Source: an uncultured Solirubrobacteraceae bacterium (lineage in GTDB: Bacteria > Actinomycetota > Thermoleophilia > Solirubrobacterales > Solirubrobacteraceae). From it: DNA of 64,000 bases. The stretch spans positions 32,001-96,000 of the forward strand of contig CAZPQW010000009.1 of assembly GCA_964588985.1 (NCBI GenBank). The letters run 5' to 3'. The notes below the pieces were generated by a model that was not told where the DNA came from, made no database searches, and worked only from the letters and a program-made list of their open reading frames with translations. Positions 29,296 through 38,204 of the stretch are shown in pieces (positions within the stretch are counted from its first letter, which is position 1; each line of letters begins with the position of its first letter). The position numbers were made by a program, and so were the translations under genes.

Positions 29296-30342
29296 CTAGA
29301 TCCAGCCGCGGGCGGTCGCCATGAGCACCGCCTGCGCGCGATCGATCGCGCCGAGCTTGCCGTACACGTTGTGCAGATGGCTGCGGACGGTGCTCGTTGA
29401 CAGTTCGAGCTCATCCGCGATCTGCTTGTAGATGCCGCCCTTGGCGAGGCCCTGGAGCACCGACAGCTCGCGGTCGGTGAGCGGGCACGGATCGACGTGG
29501 CGCGCACGTTGGTTGGCCGTGGTCGGCAGCTCGTACATCAGCCCCCGCAGCTCGCGCGGGCTGATCCCCACTGCGTAGGCGGTGCGGCGCATGTGCCGAG
29601 GGGAGACGTTCGCGCCCTGCTCGTAGCGGGCGAGCATGTCCGCTAGCTGGATGAATGCGGCCTCGCCTTCGACCTCCTCGTTGTGGTGCTGCTCGACCGC
29701 CGACGCGATCGTGCCGGGCAGGCCCCAGCGCCTGAGGAGCACGCCGCCGACGAGGGCGTGGTCGACGCCCAGCTCCCTGCGCTCCTGATGAATGCGCTCC
29801 TCGGGTGTGCTCGCGCCGTTGTGGATCCGGCTCGGGTAGCCGGGGTAGGCGTTCGCGAGCACGAGCTTGCCGACGTCGTGCAGGAGGCTCGTGACCGCGA
29901 GACGGTCGCGGTGTTTGTAGCCCACCGCGCACGCGATCCGGTCGGCGACCCGCTGCGTCGCGACGGCGTGCAGCCGGAAGCGCTCGGGCGCGAAGTCCCA
30001 GCCGGTGGCGTGCTCGAAGAACTCGAACGTCACCGCATTCTCGGCCAGCTCGCGGAGCGCTTCGGGAGACAGCGCCTCGACCGCGCCAGGAACCGTGTCG
30101 ATCAGCCCGCGACCCGACTGGCCGGCGTTCGCGCGGCGCAGGACGGCGATCACGAAGGCCACGTCGGACTCGATCGCCGAGACGACCTCGTCGGTGACGA
30201 CGTGATCCTTGGCGGTGGCGGACAGCAGACGTGCGCGCGACTCCTCCAGAGCCGGGAACGCATCGAGCGCTTCGAACGCCCTCGTCAGGCGACTGCCGTG
30301 GGTCTCGTTGTGGTGGCGCTGGGCAGCGACGGTTGCGGGCAT
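29296..30342 (-). CDS. HDOD domain protein with C-terminal LuxR-type HTH
   Basis: IESD..F, LLHDVGKL, LGVDHALVG..LLRRWGLP; LTDREL...IADELELSTSTVRSHLHNVYGKL. Confidence 0.9.
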   Translation of the reverse strand: MPATVAAQRHHNETHGSRLTRAFEALDAFPALEESRARLLSATAKDHVVTDEVVSAIESDVAFVIAVLRRANAGQSGRGLIDTVPGAVEALSPEALRELAENAVTFEFFEHATGWDFAPERFRLHAVATQRVADRIACAVGYKHRDRLAVTSLLHDVGKLVLANAYPGYPSRIHNGASTPEERIHQERRELGVDHALVGGVLLRRWGLPGTIASAVEQHHNEEVEGEAAFIQLADMLARYEQGANVSPRHMRRTAYAVGISPRELRGLMYELPTTANQRARHVDPCPLTDRELSVLQGLAKGGIYKQIADELELSTSTVRSHLHNVYGKLGAIDRAQAVLMATARGWI

Positions 30343-30616
30343 GGCAGGTACATCCCTCCTGTCTCGAGGCGACGGTGGGCTGCCTGCTGCGACGATCGCC
30401 GTGAGGGCGGCGAGGGCGGTGCGGTGGGAAAGGATCGCAGCGGCAGCCTCTGAGTTAACAACGGCTGGTTACCGGTGCTGCACGATCCGTAGTTAGCCCC
30501 TGATGTGGGTGTGGTTTGCCCGAGATTGATTGGCTGGCCTACGAACGGGGCGAACACCGTGGGGGCAACGCGCCCTCAACATGGACCCGCCGCCGCCTCC
30601 GGTATGGTTCTAATTG

Positions 30617-31735
30617 ATGGCTCTCCAAAACGAGATTGACCAGAGGCGCCGGGAGATTCAAACCGAGGGCTATCCCATGTCCGTTGGAGAGTTGCTGAAT
30701 ATCTATCGCGACGGAGATCTGGACATACATCCTGAGTTCCAGCGTTTTTTCCGGTGGAGCACTGCTCAGAAGTCCCGCTTCATCGAGTCTCTCCTACTCG
30801 GCATACCAATTCCGTCGCTGTTCGTTCATCAGCGTCAGGATGGTGTTTGGGACGTCATAGACGGCCTTCAGCGACTGAGCACCATTTTTGAGTTCGTCGG
30901 GGTTCTAAAGGACTCCTCAGATCAACTTGTCAGACCTACCGCACTCACCGCAACTGAGTATCTACCTTCACTCGCTGGCGTCGTCTGGGATGACAACACC
31001 GATGGCTCCATCCCACTGACCCCCGATCAGCAACGCCTTATCAAGAGGGCGTCCATTGATATAAAGATCGTAAAGCGCGAGAGCGACGAAGATGCAAAGT
31101 ACGATCTGTTTCAGCGCCTCAACACTGGCGGATCCCAACTGTCCGACCAGGAGGTTCGCAACTGTCTCCTAATCATGGTGCGACCGGACTTCTACGGGTG
31201 GGTAAGAGGCCTACGCGACCTGGCAAGCTTTCAGCGCACCATCGCAATTTCCGACCGGGCCGTTGATGAGCAATATGACATGGAGCTCGCCATTAGATTC
31301 CTTGCACTCAAGAATGCTGACGCGGCCATCCTGAGAAACATTGGCGATATGAGTGACTTCCTTGATAAGCGATCTCTAGAATTTGCGCGCAGCGACCAAT
31401 TTGACCTGGACACCGAAGGCAATACCTTTGCCCAGACCTTTGACATCCTAGACTCTGCCCTGGGAGACGATGCGTTTCGACGATACGACGGGGTCACCGA
31501 TAGGTTTCTTGGAGGATTTGCCGTATCAGCCTTTGAGGCCATCACGGTGGGAGTACACGCGAATCTCGACGCGTGGACCAAACTTGACGCAAGCGAGCGA
31601 AACGTAAGTTTGAGAGGTCGCGCTCAACAACTATGGAGCGATCAGGAGTTCCGGACCAACTCTGGTAGCGGCATTCGTGCTTCAGGACGGATTCCTAAGA
31701 CAGTACCTAGGGGCCGCGCACTGTTTACGCCGTGA
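30617..31735 (+). CDS. DUF262 (ParB/GmrS-like NTPase) domain protein
   Basis: PEFQR..RW, FIESLLLGIPIP, VIDGLQRL, FQRLNTGG; atypical lower-GC codon use. Confidence 0.9.
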   Translation: MALQNEIDQRRREIQTEGYPMSVGELLNIYRDGDLDIHPEFQRFFRWSTAQKSRFIESLLLGIPIPSLFVHQRQDGVWDVIDGLQRLSTIFEFVGVLKDSSDQLVRPTALTATEYLPSLAGVVWDDNTDGSIPLTPDQQRLIKRASIDIKIVKRESDEDAKYDLFQRLNTGGSQLSDQEVRNCLLIMVRPDFYGWVRGLRDLASFQRTIAISDRAVDEQYDMELAIRFLALKNADAAILRNIGDMSDFLDKRSLEFARSDQFDLDTEGNTFAQTFDILDSALGDDAFRRYDGVTDRFLGGFAVSAFEAITVGVHANLDAWTKLDASERNVSLRGRAQQLWSDQEFRTNSGSGIRASGRIPKTVPRGRALFTP

Positions 31736-32370
31736 AGCTTCGTAGCCTGTCCGAGCTAGAACTGGCTGTTGACCGTGAGACGGCTTGGCGGAAGCGTGAG
31801 CTCGTCACGATCTTGTTCCACGCGCGAGAGTCCCGTGCTACTAAGGCGCCGACGGCATTGCGCGCCGGCGTGGCGCTCCTCTATGCGCATTGGGAGGGAT
31901 GGATTAAGAACATAGCGACCTATTATTTGGATTACGTAGCCCGCCAGCGATTGACTTACGAGCAGCTGAGTACTCCATTTTTTGCTCTTGCATTGAAGCA
32001 GCGGATGACCAAACTCAGCGAAGCGACAACGGCTAATCCTCATATTGAGTTTGCGGAATTTCTCCGTAATGAGCTTTCAAACCCCGCCTACCTCAACTCC
32101 AAGGGCGCCGTGATCACGGCGGCAAACCTGAGTTCCTCAGTACTACGCGATATCCTTGCAAAGCTGGGCATCGACCAGCATCCGTACGAACTGCAAGCCA
32201 ATCTCATAGATCAAGGCCTTCTCTTTAGACGAAACAATATTGCTCATGGCGAGTTCCTCGAAGTAAGCATGAGCGATTTCGAGGTACTGCACTCGGAGAT
32301 TACTGAGCTGTTGATAATGTTCGCCGCAGACACCCTCAATTGCGCTGCAACCCGCGACTACCGAATTTAG
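31732..32370 (+). CDS. HEPN-family RNase (MAE_28990/MAE_18760-like)
   Basis: WRKREL, LLYAHWEG, NLSS, RNNIAHG (Rx4H); GTGA overlap with the DUF262 gene. Confidence 0.88.
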   Translation: MKLRSLSELELAVDRETAWRKRELVTILFHARESRATKAPTALRAGVALLYAHWEGWIKNIATYYLDYVARQRLTYEQLSTPFFALALKQRMTKLSEATTANPHIEFAEFLRNELSNPAYLNSKGAVITAANLSSSVLRDILAKLGIDQHPYELQANLIDQGLLFRRNNIAHGEFLEVSMSDFEVLHSEITELLIMFAADTLNCAATRDYRI

Positions 32371-32522
32371 CCACGTTGCTGCTGATTCGAGCTGCTCAAT
32401 TTCCCCACGTCTTCACTACCTCGCACCTGATGCACTCCATTCTCGCGGTAGACGCTGCCACGCAGCATAGACTCAGACCGCTTGCTCGCGGGTAAAGAGC
32501 ACTCGCCAGTCATCGACTTGCA

Positions 32523-32543
32523 GACCAGCCTTTCCCGCTGGTC
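32523..32543. terminator. Hairpin between convergent HEPN and DUF2283 genes
   Basis: GACCAGC-N7-GCTGGTC. Confidence 0.4.
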
Positions 32544-32594
32544 GGGCCAACAAGGTCACGCTATTTCGAGAAGCGCAATAGACGCGTTCGCTGG

Positions 32595-32870
32595 TCAGGC
32601 AGCCGCAAGTATCGACTTCAGCGCGTCAGCTTCGAGATGCTCAGGCGGCAGTGTCAGAGTGAGCCTGCCGTCCCGCTCGAGCGTATGACGGACGTTCAGC
32701 AGCGTGAGACCGATCACGGCCCCGGTCTCGTCGTAATGAATCGCGTGTCCGTCGGGCGTCTCGAGACCACGGGCTGCAGGGCGTGGCTCCCCTACATTCA
32801 GGTAGAGCACGTCTCCGCGCTCGTCGTAGTGGTGATGGTCGAAGGAGATACCAGCGATGGTGATATTCAT
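32595..32870 (-). CDS. DUF2283 domain protein (putative antitoxin)
   Basis: YDERGDVLYL...TPDGHAIHYDETGAVIGLTLL; start ATG 32870 overlapping upstream stop. Confidence 0.8.
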   Translation of the reverse strand: MNITIAGISFDHHHYDERGDVLYLNVGEPRPAARGLETPDGHAIHYDETGAVIGLTLLNVRHTLERDGRLTLTLPPEHLEADALKSILAAA

Positions 32871-33169
32871 GGCTTCCAGCCTCGCGGGGGGTTCTGTTGG
32901 ACCAGCGCGGTCACGACCCACGCAGGATCTTCGTTGAAGTCTACGACCACCCGCAGCCAACGGCGAGGGTCGACGTGTCTGCGGTAGAAATGCTCACGGC
33001 CAGGGAGCAGGTCGGAAGCGCGGTGGTCTGGGTGGGCTACCGTCCCGAGGATCAGGTCAATCTCCTCCATCAGCTCGGGCCGACCGAGTGCCAAATGCAG
33101 GCGCGTGCCAGCGTCGAAGACTACGCGGCGGCCTTCGGGGTCCCTGGTGCTTGGATGGTGGTGTGCCAC
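32867..33169 (-). CDS. Putative BECR-fold (DUF4258/RelE-like) toxin
   Basis: 100 aa with T..PD...FY...LRVVV...VVTA pattern; translationally coupled to the DUF2283 gene. Confidence 0.6.
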   Translation of the reverse strand: MAHHHPSTRDPEGRRVVFDAGTRLHLALGRPELMEEIDLILGTVAHPDHRASDLLPGREHFYRRHVDPRRWLRVVVDFNEDPAWVVTALVQQNPPRGWKP

Positions 33170-33237
33170 ACCAGGAAGCTACGTCCAGCCTGAGACGAAA
33201 CGCGCAAGCCTGTCGAACGCAGCGGATCGCCTGAAAG

Positions 33238-33311
33238 TGGGCCCGGCAGGACTCGAACCTGCGACCTATCGATTATGAGTCGACAGCTCTAACCAACTGA
33301 GCTACGGGCCC
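33238..33311 (-). tRNA. tRNA with CAT anticodon, probably tRNA-Ile2 (lysidine)
   Basis: GGGCCCGTAGCTCAGTTGGTTAGAGCTGTCGACT-CAT-AATCGATAGGTCGCAGGTTCGAGTCCTGCCGGGCCCA; Ile-type acceptor stem; CCA not encoded; Ile2 versus Met is inference. Confidence 0.93.
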
Positions 33312-33455
33312 TCCACGCGCTCGGGCCTCTCGGCTCTCGCGCGCGAGCCAGACGCTACCAGCGGGATGCGCCGCGGACCAGATGTGGGATGCTCCCGCCC
33401 GGCCTTGCTGTCAAGGCCGCGCATCGATTCCGCAACCACAGGAGGGGGCCGCAGC

Positions 33456-34181
33456 ATGTCAGCACAGCGCGCAGCAATCGTCACCGGAGCATCCAGCGGG
33501 ATCGGGCTCGCGATCGCGAGGATCCTCGGCGAGGAGGGCTACGGGCTCACCGTCGCCGCGCGCCGCCCCGACAAGCTGGAGGCCGCCGCGCAGGGGCTCG
33601 TCGCTGAGGGCTTCGACGTGCAGGCCATCGCGGCGAACGTCTCCGACGAGGCCGAGATCCAGAAGGTGGTCGCCGCCCACCGCGAGCGCTACGGCCGGCT
33701 CGACGTGCTCGTCAACAACGCCGGTGTGGGCGTGGGGGCGGCAGTCGCTGACATCCAGACCAAGCACATCGACATGCAGCTCGACATCAACCTGCGCTCG
33801 ATCGTCCTCTTCTACCGCGAGTGCATGGGGATGCTGCGCGAGGCCGCCGCGGAGACCAAGAACGTGCTCGTCGTCAACACCTCCTCGATCTCCGGCAAGC
33901 ACGGCGAGGCGTGGCTGTCCGTCTACTCCGCCACCAAGCACGGCGTGGTCGGCTGGACCGAAGCGATGAACAAGGAGCTCGGCAAGGAGGGCATCAAGTC
34001 GACCGCCCTGTGCCCCGCGTTCGTGGACACGCCGATGACCGACTTCGCCAAGGAGCACGTGCCCGCCGATGAGATGATCCGCCCCGAGGACATCGCGGAG
34101 GCGGTGCGCTACCTGCTGAAGGTCTCCCCCGCGTGCGTGGTGCCGGAGATGATGTTCGTGCGTCCTGGCGACTCGCTGTAG
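33456..34181 (+). CDS. SDR family oxidoreductase
   Basis: TGASSGIG, NNAG, YSATK. Confidence 0.95.
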   Translation: MSAQRAAIVTGASSGIGLAIARILGEEGYGLTVAARRPDKLEAAAQGLVAEGFDVQAIAANVSDEAEIQKVVAAHRERYGRLDVLVNNAGVGVGAAVADIQTKHIDMQLDINLRSIVLFYRECMGMLREAAAETKNVLVVNTSSISGKHGEAWLSVYSATKHGVVGWTEAMNKELGKEGIKSTALCPAFVDTPMTDFAKEHVPADEMIRPEDIAEAVRYLLKVSPACVVPEMMFVRPGDSL

Positions 34182-34192
34182 GGTTTGCGGCG

Positions 34193-35227
34193 ATGAAGCT
34201 CGGCGTGCACATCGGCTACTGGGGTCTGGGCCTCAGCTCGCAGGACCAGCTCACGATCGTCCAGGAGGCCGAGCGTCTGGGCTATGACTCGGTGTGGGCC
34301 GCCGAGGCCTACGGCTCCGACACCGCCACCGTGCTGGGCTGGCTAGCGGGGCAGACCTCGAAGATCCGCCTCGGCTCGGGCATCTTCCAGATGCCGGGCC
34401 GCTCCGCGGCGATGACCGCGATGACCGCCGCCACGATCGACCAGCTGTCGAACGGGCGCATGATCTGCGGCATCGGCTCCTCCGGCCCGCAGGTCGCCGA
34501 GGGCTGGCACGGGCAGCGCTTCGCCAAGCAGCTGCAGCGCACGCGCGAGTACGTCGCGGTGATCCGCATGGCGCTCGCGCGCGAACGCGTGGAGTTCCAC
34601 GGCGAGACGCTCGAGCTGCCGCTCCCCGACGGCCCCGGCAAGGCGCTCAAGCTCACGATCTCCCCGGTCCAGGAGCGCATCCCGATCTACCTCGCTGCGA
34701 TCGGGCCGAAGAACACCGCGCTCGCGGGCGAGATCGCCGACGGCTGGATCCCGACGCTGTTCTCCCCCGAGCACGTCTCCGACCTGCGCCCGCTGCTGCA
34801 GGAAGGCGCCGACCGGTCGGGCAAATCGCTCGAGGACTTCGACATCGCTCCGACCGTGAGCCTCTGCATCACCGACGACCTCGAGGGCGCACGCAACACG
34901 ATGCGACCGTTCATCGCGCTGTATGTCGGCGGGATGGGCTCGCGCAAGCAGAACTTCTACAACCAGCTCGTGAGCCGCTACGGCTACGAGGCGGAGGCGA
35001 AGGTCATCCAGGACCTGTACCTCGAAGGCAAGCGCGAGGAGGCGATGGCGGCGGTCCCCGACGCGCTCATCGACCAGGTCTCGCTGTGCGGGCCGAAGGA
35101 CGTGGTGCGCGAGCGGATCGCGGTGTACCGCGACGCGGGCGTCGGCACGCTCGGCGTGACCCCCACCGCGTTCACCGCGCCAGAGCGCCTCGAGCAGCTG
35201 CGCCTACTCGCCGAGCTCGCAGCCTGA
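34193..35227 (+). CDS. LLM class F420-dependent oxidoreductase
   Basis: AEAYGSD, GIGSSGPQVAEGWHG, IYLAAIGPKN, LYVGGMG. Confidence 0.92.
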   Translation: MKLGVHIGYWGLGLSSQDQLTIVQEAERLGYDSVWAAEAYGSDTATVLGWLAGQTSKIRLGSGIFQMPGRSAAMTAMTAATIDQLSNGRMICGIGSSGPQVAEGWHGQRFAKQLQRTREYVAVIRMALARERVEFHGETLELPLPDGPGKALKLTISPVQERIPIYLAAIGPKNTALAGEIADGWIPTLFSPEHVSDLRPLLQEGADRSGKSLEDFDIAPTVSLCITDDLEGARNTMRPFIALYVGGMGSRKQNFYNQLVSRYGYEAEAKVIQDLYLEGKREEAMAAVPDALIDQVSLCGPKDVVRERIAVYRDAGVGTLGVTPTAFTAPERLEQLRLLAELAA

Positions 35228-35240
35228 TCCGAACCGTCGC

Positions 35241-36443
35241 GTGACGGACACCGCCGGCCCTCCGAGACGTGTGCTGCTGGGCGCCTTCGGCGACCCCGGC
35301 CACGCATTCCCGATGATCGCCCTCGGACGCGCGCTCGCCGCGCGCGGCCACGAGGTGACGCTGCAGACGTGGAAGCGCTGGCAGGAGCCGATCGAAGCGG
35401 AGGGGCTCGCGTTCGCCGCCGCGCCGGAGTACCACGTGTTCCCCTCCGGCCCGGAGCCGCTCGACTTCTACGAGGCGGTCGTCCACGCCACCAAGGACAC
35501 GCTCCCGCTCGTCGCCGAGCTGCAGCCCGATGTCGTGGTCGCCGACATCCTCACGCTCGCCCCCGCGCTCGCCGCGGAGAGCCACGGCGTCCCCTACGCG
35601 ACGCTCATCCCCCACGTGCACCCGCACGTGCTGCCCGGCTCGCCGATCTACTCCCTCGGCGCGCGTCTGCCGCGCAGCCCGATCGGTCGCGCGTTCTGGC
35701 GGCGCATGCAGGCGCCCGTCGCCAAAGGACTCGAGCTGGGGCGCATGGAGCTCAACCAGACACGCGCACGGCTCGACCTGCCGCCCGTGGAGCACGTCCA
35801 CGGCGGCATCAGCCGCTCGCTCGCGCTCGTCGCCACGTTCCCGCAGCTGGAGTACCCGCGGCCGTGGCCAGAGGGCGTGCACGTGGTGGGGCCGCTCATG
35901 TGGGAGCCGCCGACACAAGACGTGGAACTGCCTGATGGAGATGATCCGCTCGTGCTCGTCGCGCCATCCACCGCACAGGATCCCGAGCACACCCTGCTGC
36001 GCTCCGCTCTGGAGGGTCTAGCCGATGCTCCTGTGCGCGTGCTCGCGACGTGGAACCGGCGTCTGCCGCCGGTGCCTCTGCCGGTGCCCGACAACGCGCG
36101 GGTCGTCGACTGGGTCTCCTACTCGCGCACGATGCCCCACTGCGACGTGGTCGTCTGCCACGCCGGCCACGGAACGCTCGCCCGGGCGCTCGCCTGCGGC
36201 TGCGCCGTCGTGGCGGCCCCGGCGATCGGCGACATGAACGAGAACGCCGCGCGGCTCGACTGGTCGGGCGCCGGTGTGCGGGTGCCGCGGCGGTTCGTCT
36301 CGCCGCGACCGATACGGCTCGCGGTCGAAAGAGCGCTCGGCGAGCCGTCGATCAGGGCGCGGGCGCGGGAGCTTGGGGCTTGGAGCGAGGGACACGACGC
36401 GGGCGAGACCGCCGCACGGCTGGTGGAGCAGCTCGCGGGCTAA
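35241..36443 (+). CDS. GT-B glycosyltransferase (GT1/MGT-like)
   Basis: GDPGHAFP, RGHEV, DWVSY...VVCHAGHGT, GDMNENA. Confidence 0.9.
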   Translation: MTDTAGPPRRVLLGAFGDPGHAFPMIALGRALAARGHEVTLQTWKRWQEPIEAEGLAFAAAPEYHVFPSGPEPLDFYEAVVHATKDTLPLVAELQPDVVVADILTLAPALAAESHGVPYATLIPHVHPHVLPGSPIYSLGARLPRSPIGRAFWRRMQAPVAKGLELGRMELNQTRARLDLPPVEHVHGGISRSLALVATFPQLEYPRPWPEGVHVVGPLMWEPPTQDVELPDGDDPLVLVAPSTAQDPEHTLLRSALEGLADAPVRVLATWNRRLPPVPLPVPDNARVVDWVSYSRTMPHCDVVVCHAGHGTLARALACGCAVVAAPAIGDMNENAARLDWSGAGVRVPRRFVSPRPIRLAVERALGEPSIRARARELGAWSEGHDAGETAARLVEQLAG

Positions 36444-36459
36444 GAGAAGGTATTGCGCC

Positions 36460-37329
36460 TCAAGCCACTGCTGCCGCTGGCGGCGACGGCACATCTGCCC
36501 GAGCGTCAGGGCCGGGCGCGAGGTTCCGGTCGACGTGCTCGACGATCAGCTTCGTCACGAGCTTGGTGTCGTCCCACATCGGCGCGTGTCCGCAGTCGGC
36601 GAGCGTGACCGCCTTGACACCCGGTATCTCGCGGCGGTAGCGCGGGGCGTGTCGAGGGCCGGGTAGTACGCGGTCGAACTGCGGGGTGGCCAACAGCACC
36701 GGGCAGGTGATCCGATCGAGATCGCCGATCGTGAGCCCGGCGTTGTCGGCGCGCAGCTCTCGGATCGCTCTCTGGCTGATGGAGCAGCTCATCGCAGCCT
36801 GCGATATCTCGGCTGCATCCGCGGGGGATACGAGCTCTCCGTGGCGCATGATTTCCCTGAACGCCAGCCGGCGAGTCCCGGGACGTCTCATGATCCGCTC
36901 GCTCCAGGCGTGGGTTCGCTCGAGCATCTTGATCTGCCTCGCGAAGAACGTCCCGATGCGCGGCCCCTCCCCGTCGCCCCGGCTCCAGCCGCCGGCGGGC
37001 GCGAGCGCGACGACCGAGCGCGCACGGCCGCGCTTGGCCAGCTCGAGTGCGATGCCGCCGCCCATCGAGTTGCCGACGAAGTGCGCCGTGCTGACGCCCA
37101 GCTCGTCCAGCAGCGCCTCGATCGCGTCGGTGGAGCGCTCGAACGTGATCGGCTGATCGGCGGGATAGGTGGGGCCGCCGTGGTGGCCTGGCAGCGTCGG
37201 GGCGATCACCTCGTAGCGAGCGGCGAGGTCGGCCAGGATCGGATGCCAGATCCTCCACGCCGCGGTGAACCCGTGCAGCAGCACCACTGGCTCGCCAGAT
37301 CCTGCCCTATAGATCGCAGCCTCGGACAT
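36460..37329 (-). CDS. Alpha/beta fold hydrolase
   Basis: LLHGF, GNSMGG nucleophile elbow, DRVL, CGHAPM; start ATG 37329. Confidence 0.92.
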   Translation of the reverse strand: MSEAAIYRAGSGEPVVLLHGFTAAWRIWHPILADLAARYEVIAPTLPGHHGGPTYPADQPITFERSTDAIEALLDELGVSTAHFVGNSMGGGIALELAKRGRARSVVALAPAGGWSRGDGEGPRIGTFFARQIKMLERTHAWSERIMRRPGTRRLAFREIMRHGELVSPADAAEISQAAMSCSISQRAIRELRADNAGLTIGDLDRITCPVLLATPQFDRVLPGPRHAPRYRREIPGVKAVTLADCGHAPMWDDTKLVTKLIVEHVDRNLAPGPDARADVPSPPAAAVA

Positions 37330-37387
37330 CGACTCCGATTCTACCCGTGCCGTTGCCTGCCGCCGGTGGTTGGCAAAATGTGGAGGG

Positions 37388-37981
37388 ATGCCTGATGAGC
37401 TTCCTGAGCTGCTCGTCGCCGACAGAGCCCGCTGGCGATCCTGGCTCGGCGCACACCATCGGGATGAGAGTGGTGTGTGGCTCGTGCTCGCCAAGAAGCA
37501 CGTGATCGAGCCGACCAGGCTCAGCTACGACGAGGCGCTCGAAGAGGCTCTGTGTCACGGCTGGATCGACGGGCAGGTACGGCGCCGCGACGAGCGTACA
37601 TTTCGCCAGCGGTTCACCCCCAGGCGGACGCGCAGCTCGTGGTCACAACGCAACGTCGGTCTCGTCGAGCGACTACAGGCCGAAGGCTTGATGCACCCGG
37701 CGGGGCTAGCGGCGGTCGCGCTGGCGAAGGACGATGGACGCTGGGATGCTGCCTACGCAGGTCAGGCAACGATCGAGGTGCCGGCGGACCTCACCGCGGC
37801 GCTCGACGTCGAGCCACGCGCCAAGGCGATGTTCGATCATCTCAGCAGTCAAAACCGATACTCGGTCCTCTACAGGATTCACGAGGCCAAGCGCAGCGAC
37901 ACCCGCGCGCGGCGCATCGAGCGTTTCGTGGCGATGCTGGCGCGCGGCGAGACCATCCATCCACAGGACAAAGCCAAGTAG
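37388..37981 (+). CDS. YdeI/OmpD-associated family protein
   Basis: WRSWL, EALCHGWIDG, FTPRR..S.WS..N, GRWDAAY, VPADL. Confidence 0.9.
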   Translation: MPDELPELLVADRARWRSWLGAHHRDESGVWLVLAKKHVIEPTRLSYDEALEEALCHGWIDGQVRRRDERTFRQRFTPRRTRSSWSQRNVGLVERLQAEGLMHPAGLAAVALAKDDGRWDAAYAGQATIEVPADLTAALDVEPRAKAMFDHLSSQNRYSVLYRIHEAKRSDTRARRIERFVAMLARGETIHPQDKAK

Positions 37982-38010
37982 CAGCCTGCGCCGATGGCGG
38001 CTAGAGAGCG

Positions 38011-38141
38011 GGTAGCGCAAGCGCCGCCGCGGCGTGACCCGGCGGCCGTGCTCGATCAGGTCCCTGACCTCGCCGAGTGGCTACGCGGCGCGATGCGCCG
38101 CACCGGCCTTGAGCCGTTGTGCGGGAAGAAGCTCCGGGGGT
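38011..38141 (+). pseudogene. Heavily deleted remnant of a serine integrase C-terminus, ending at the att core
   Basis: 38036-38086 matches 39786-39836 (DPAAVLDQVPDL.EWLR); 38093-38120 matches 39954-39981; 111 nt missing between the blocks. Confidence 0.7.
38132..38141. repeat. att-like direct repeat of the tRNA-Asn 3' end
   Basis: CTCCGGGGGT identical to 39993-40002 and in the same position relative to the integrase tail. Confidence 0.65.
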
Positions 38142-38204
38142 CTGCACTGACGCCGGGGACAACGCTGGCGCAGGACTACCGACTGAGCGCCTAACGGCGC
38201 AGCC

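Noticed and set aside
30440-30525. Possible c-di-GMP-I riboswitch (GGGCAAACC...GGGGCTAA...AGCCG on minus strand)
   Set aside because: Lacks the GNRA-capped P2 stem and the GACGCAAAGC junction; only fragments match
32371-32594. Short ORFs or ncRNA between the HEPN and DUF2283 genes
   Set aside because: No convincing RBS, motif or structure beyond one small hairpin
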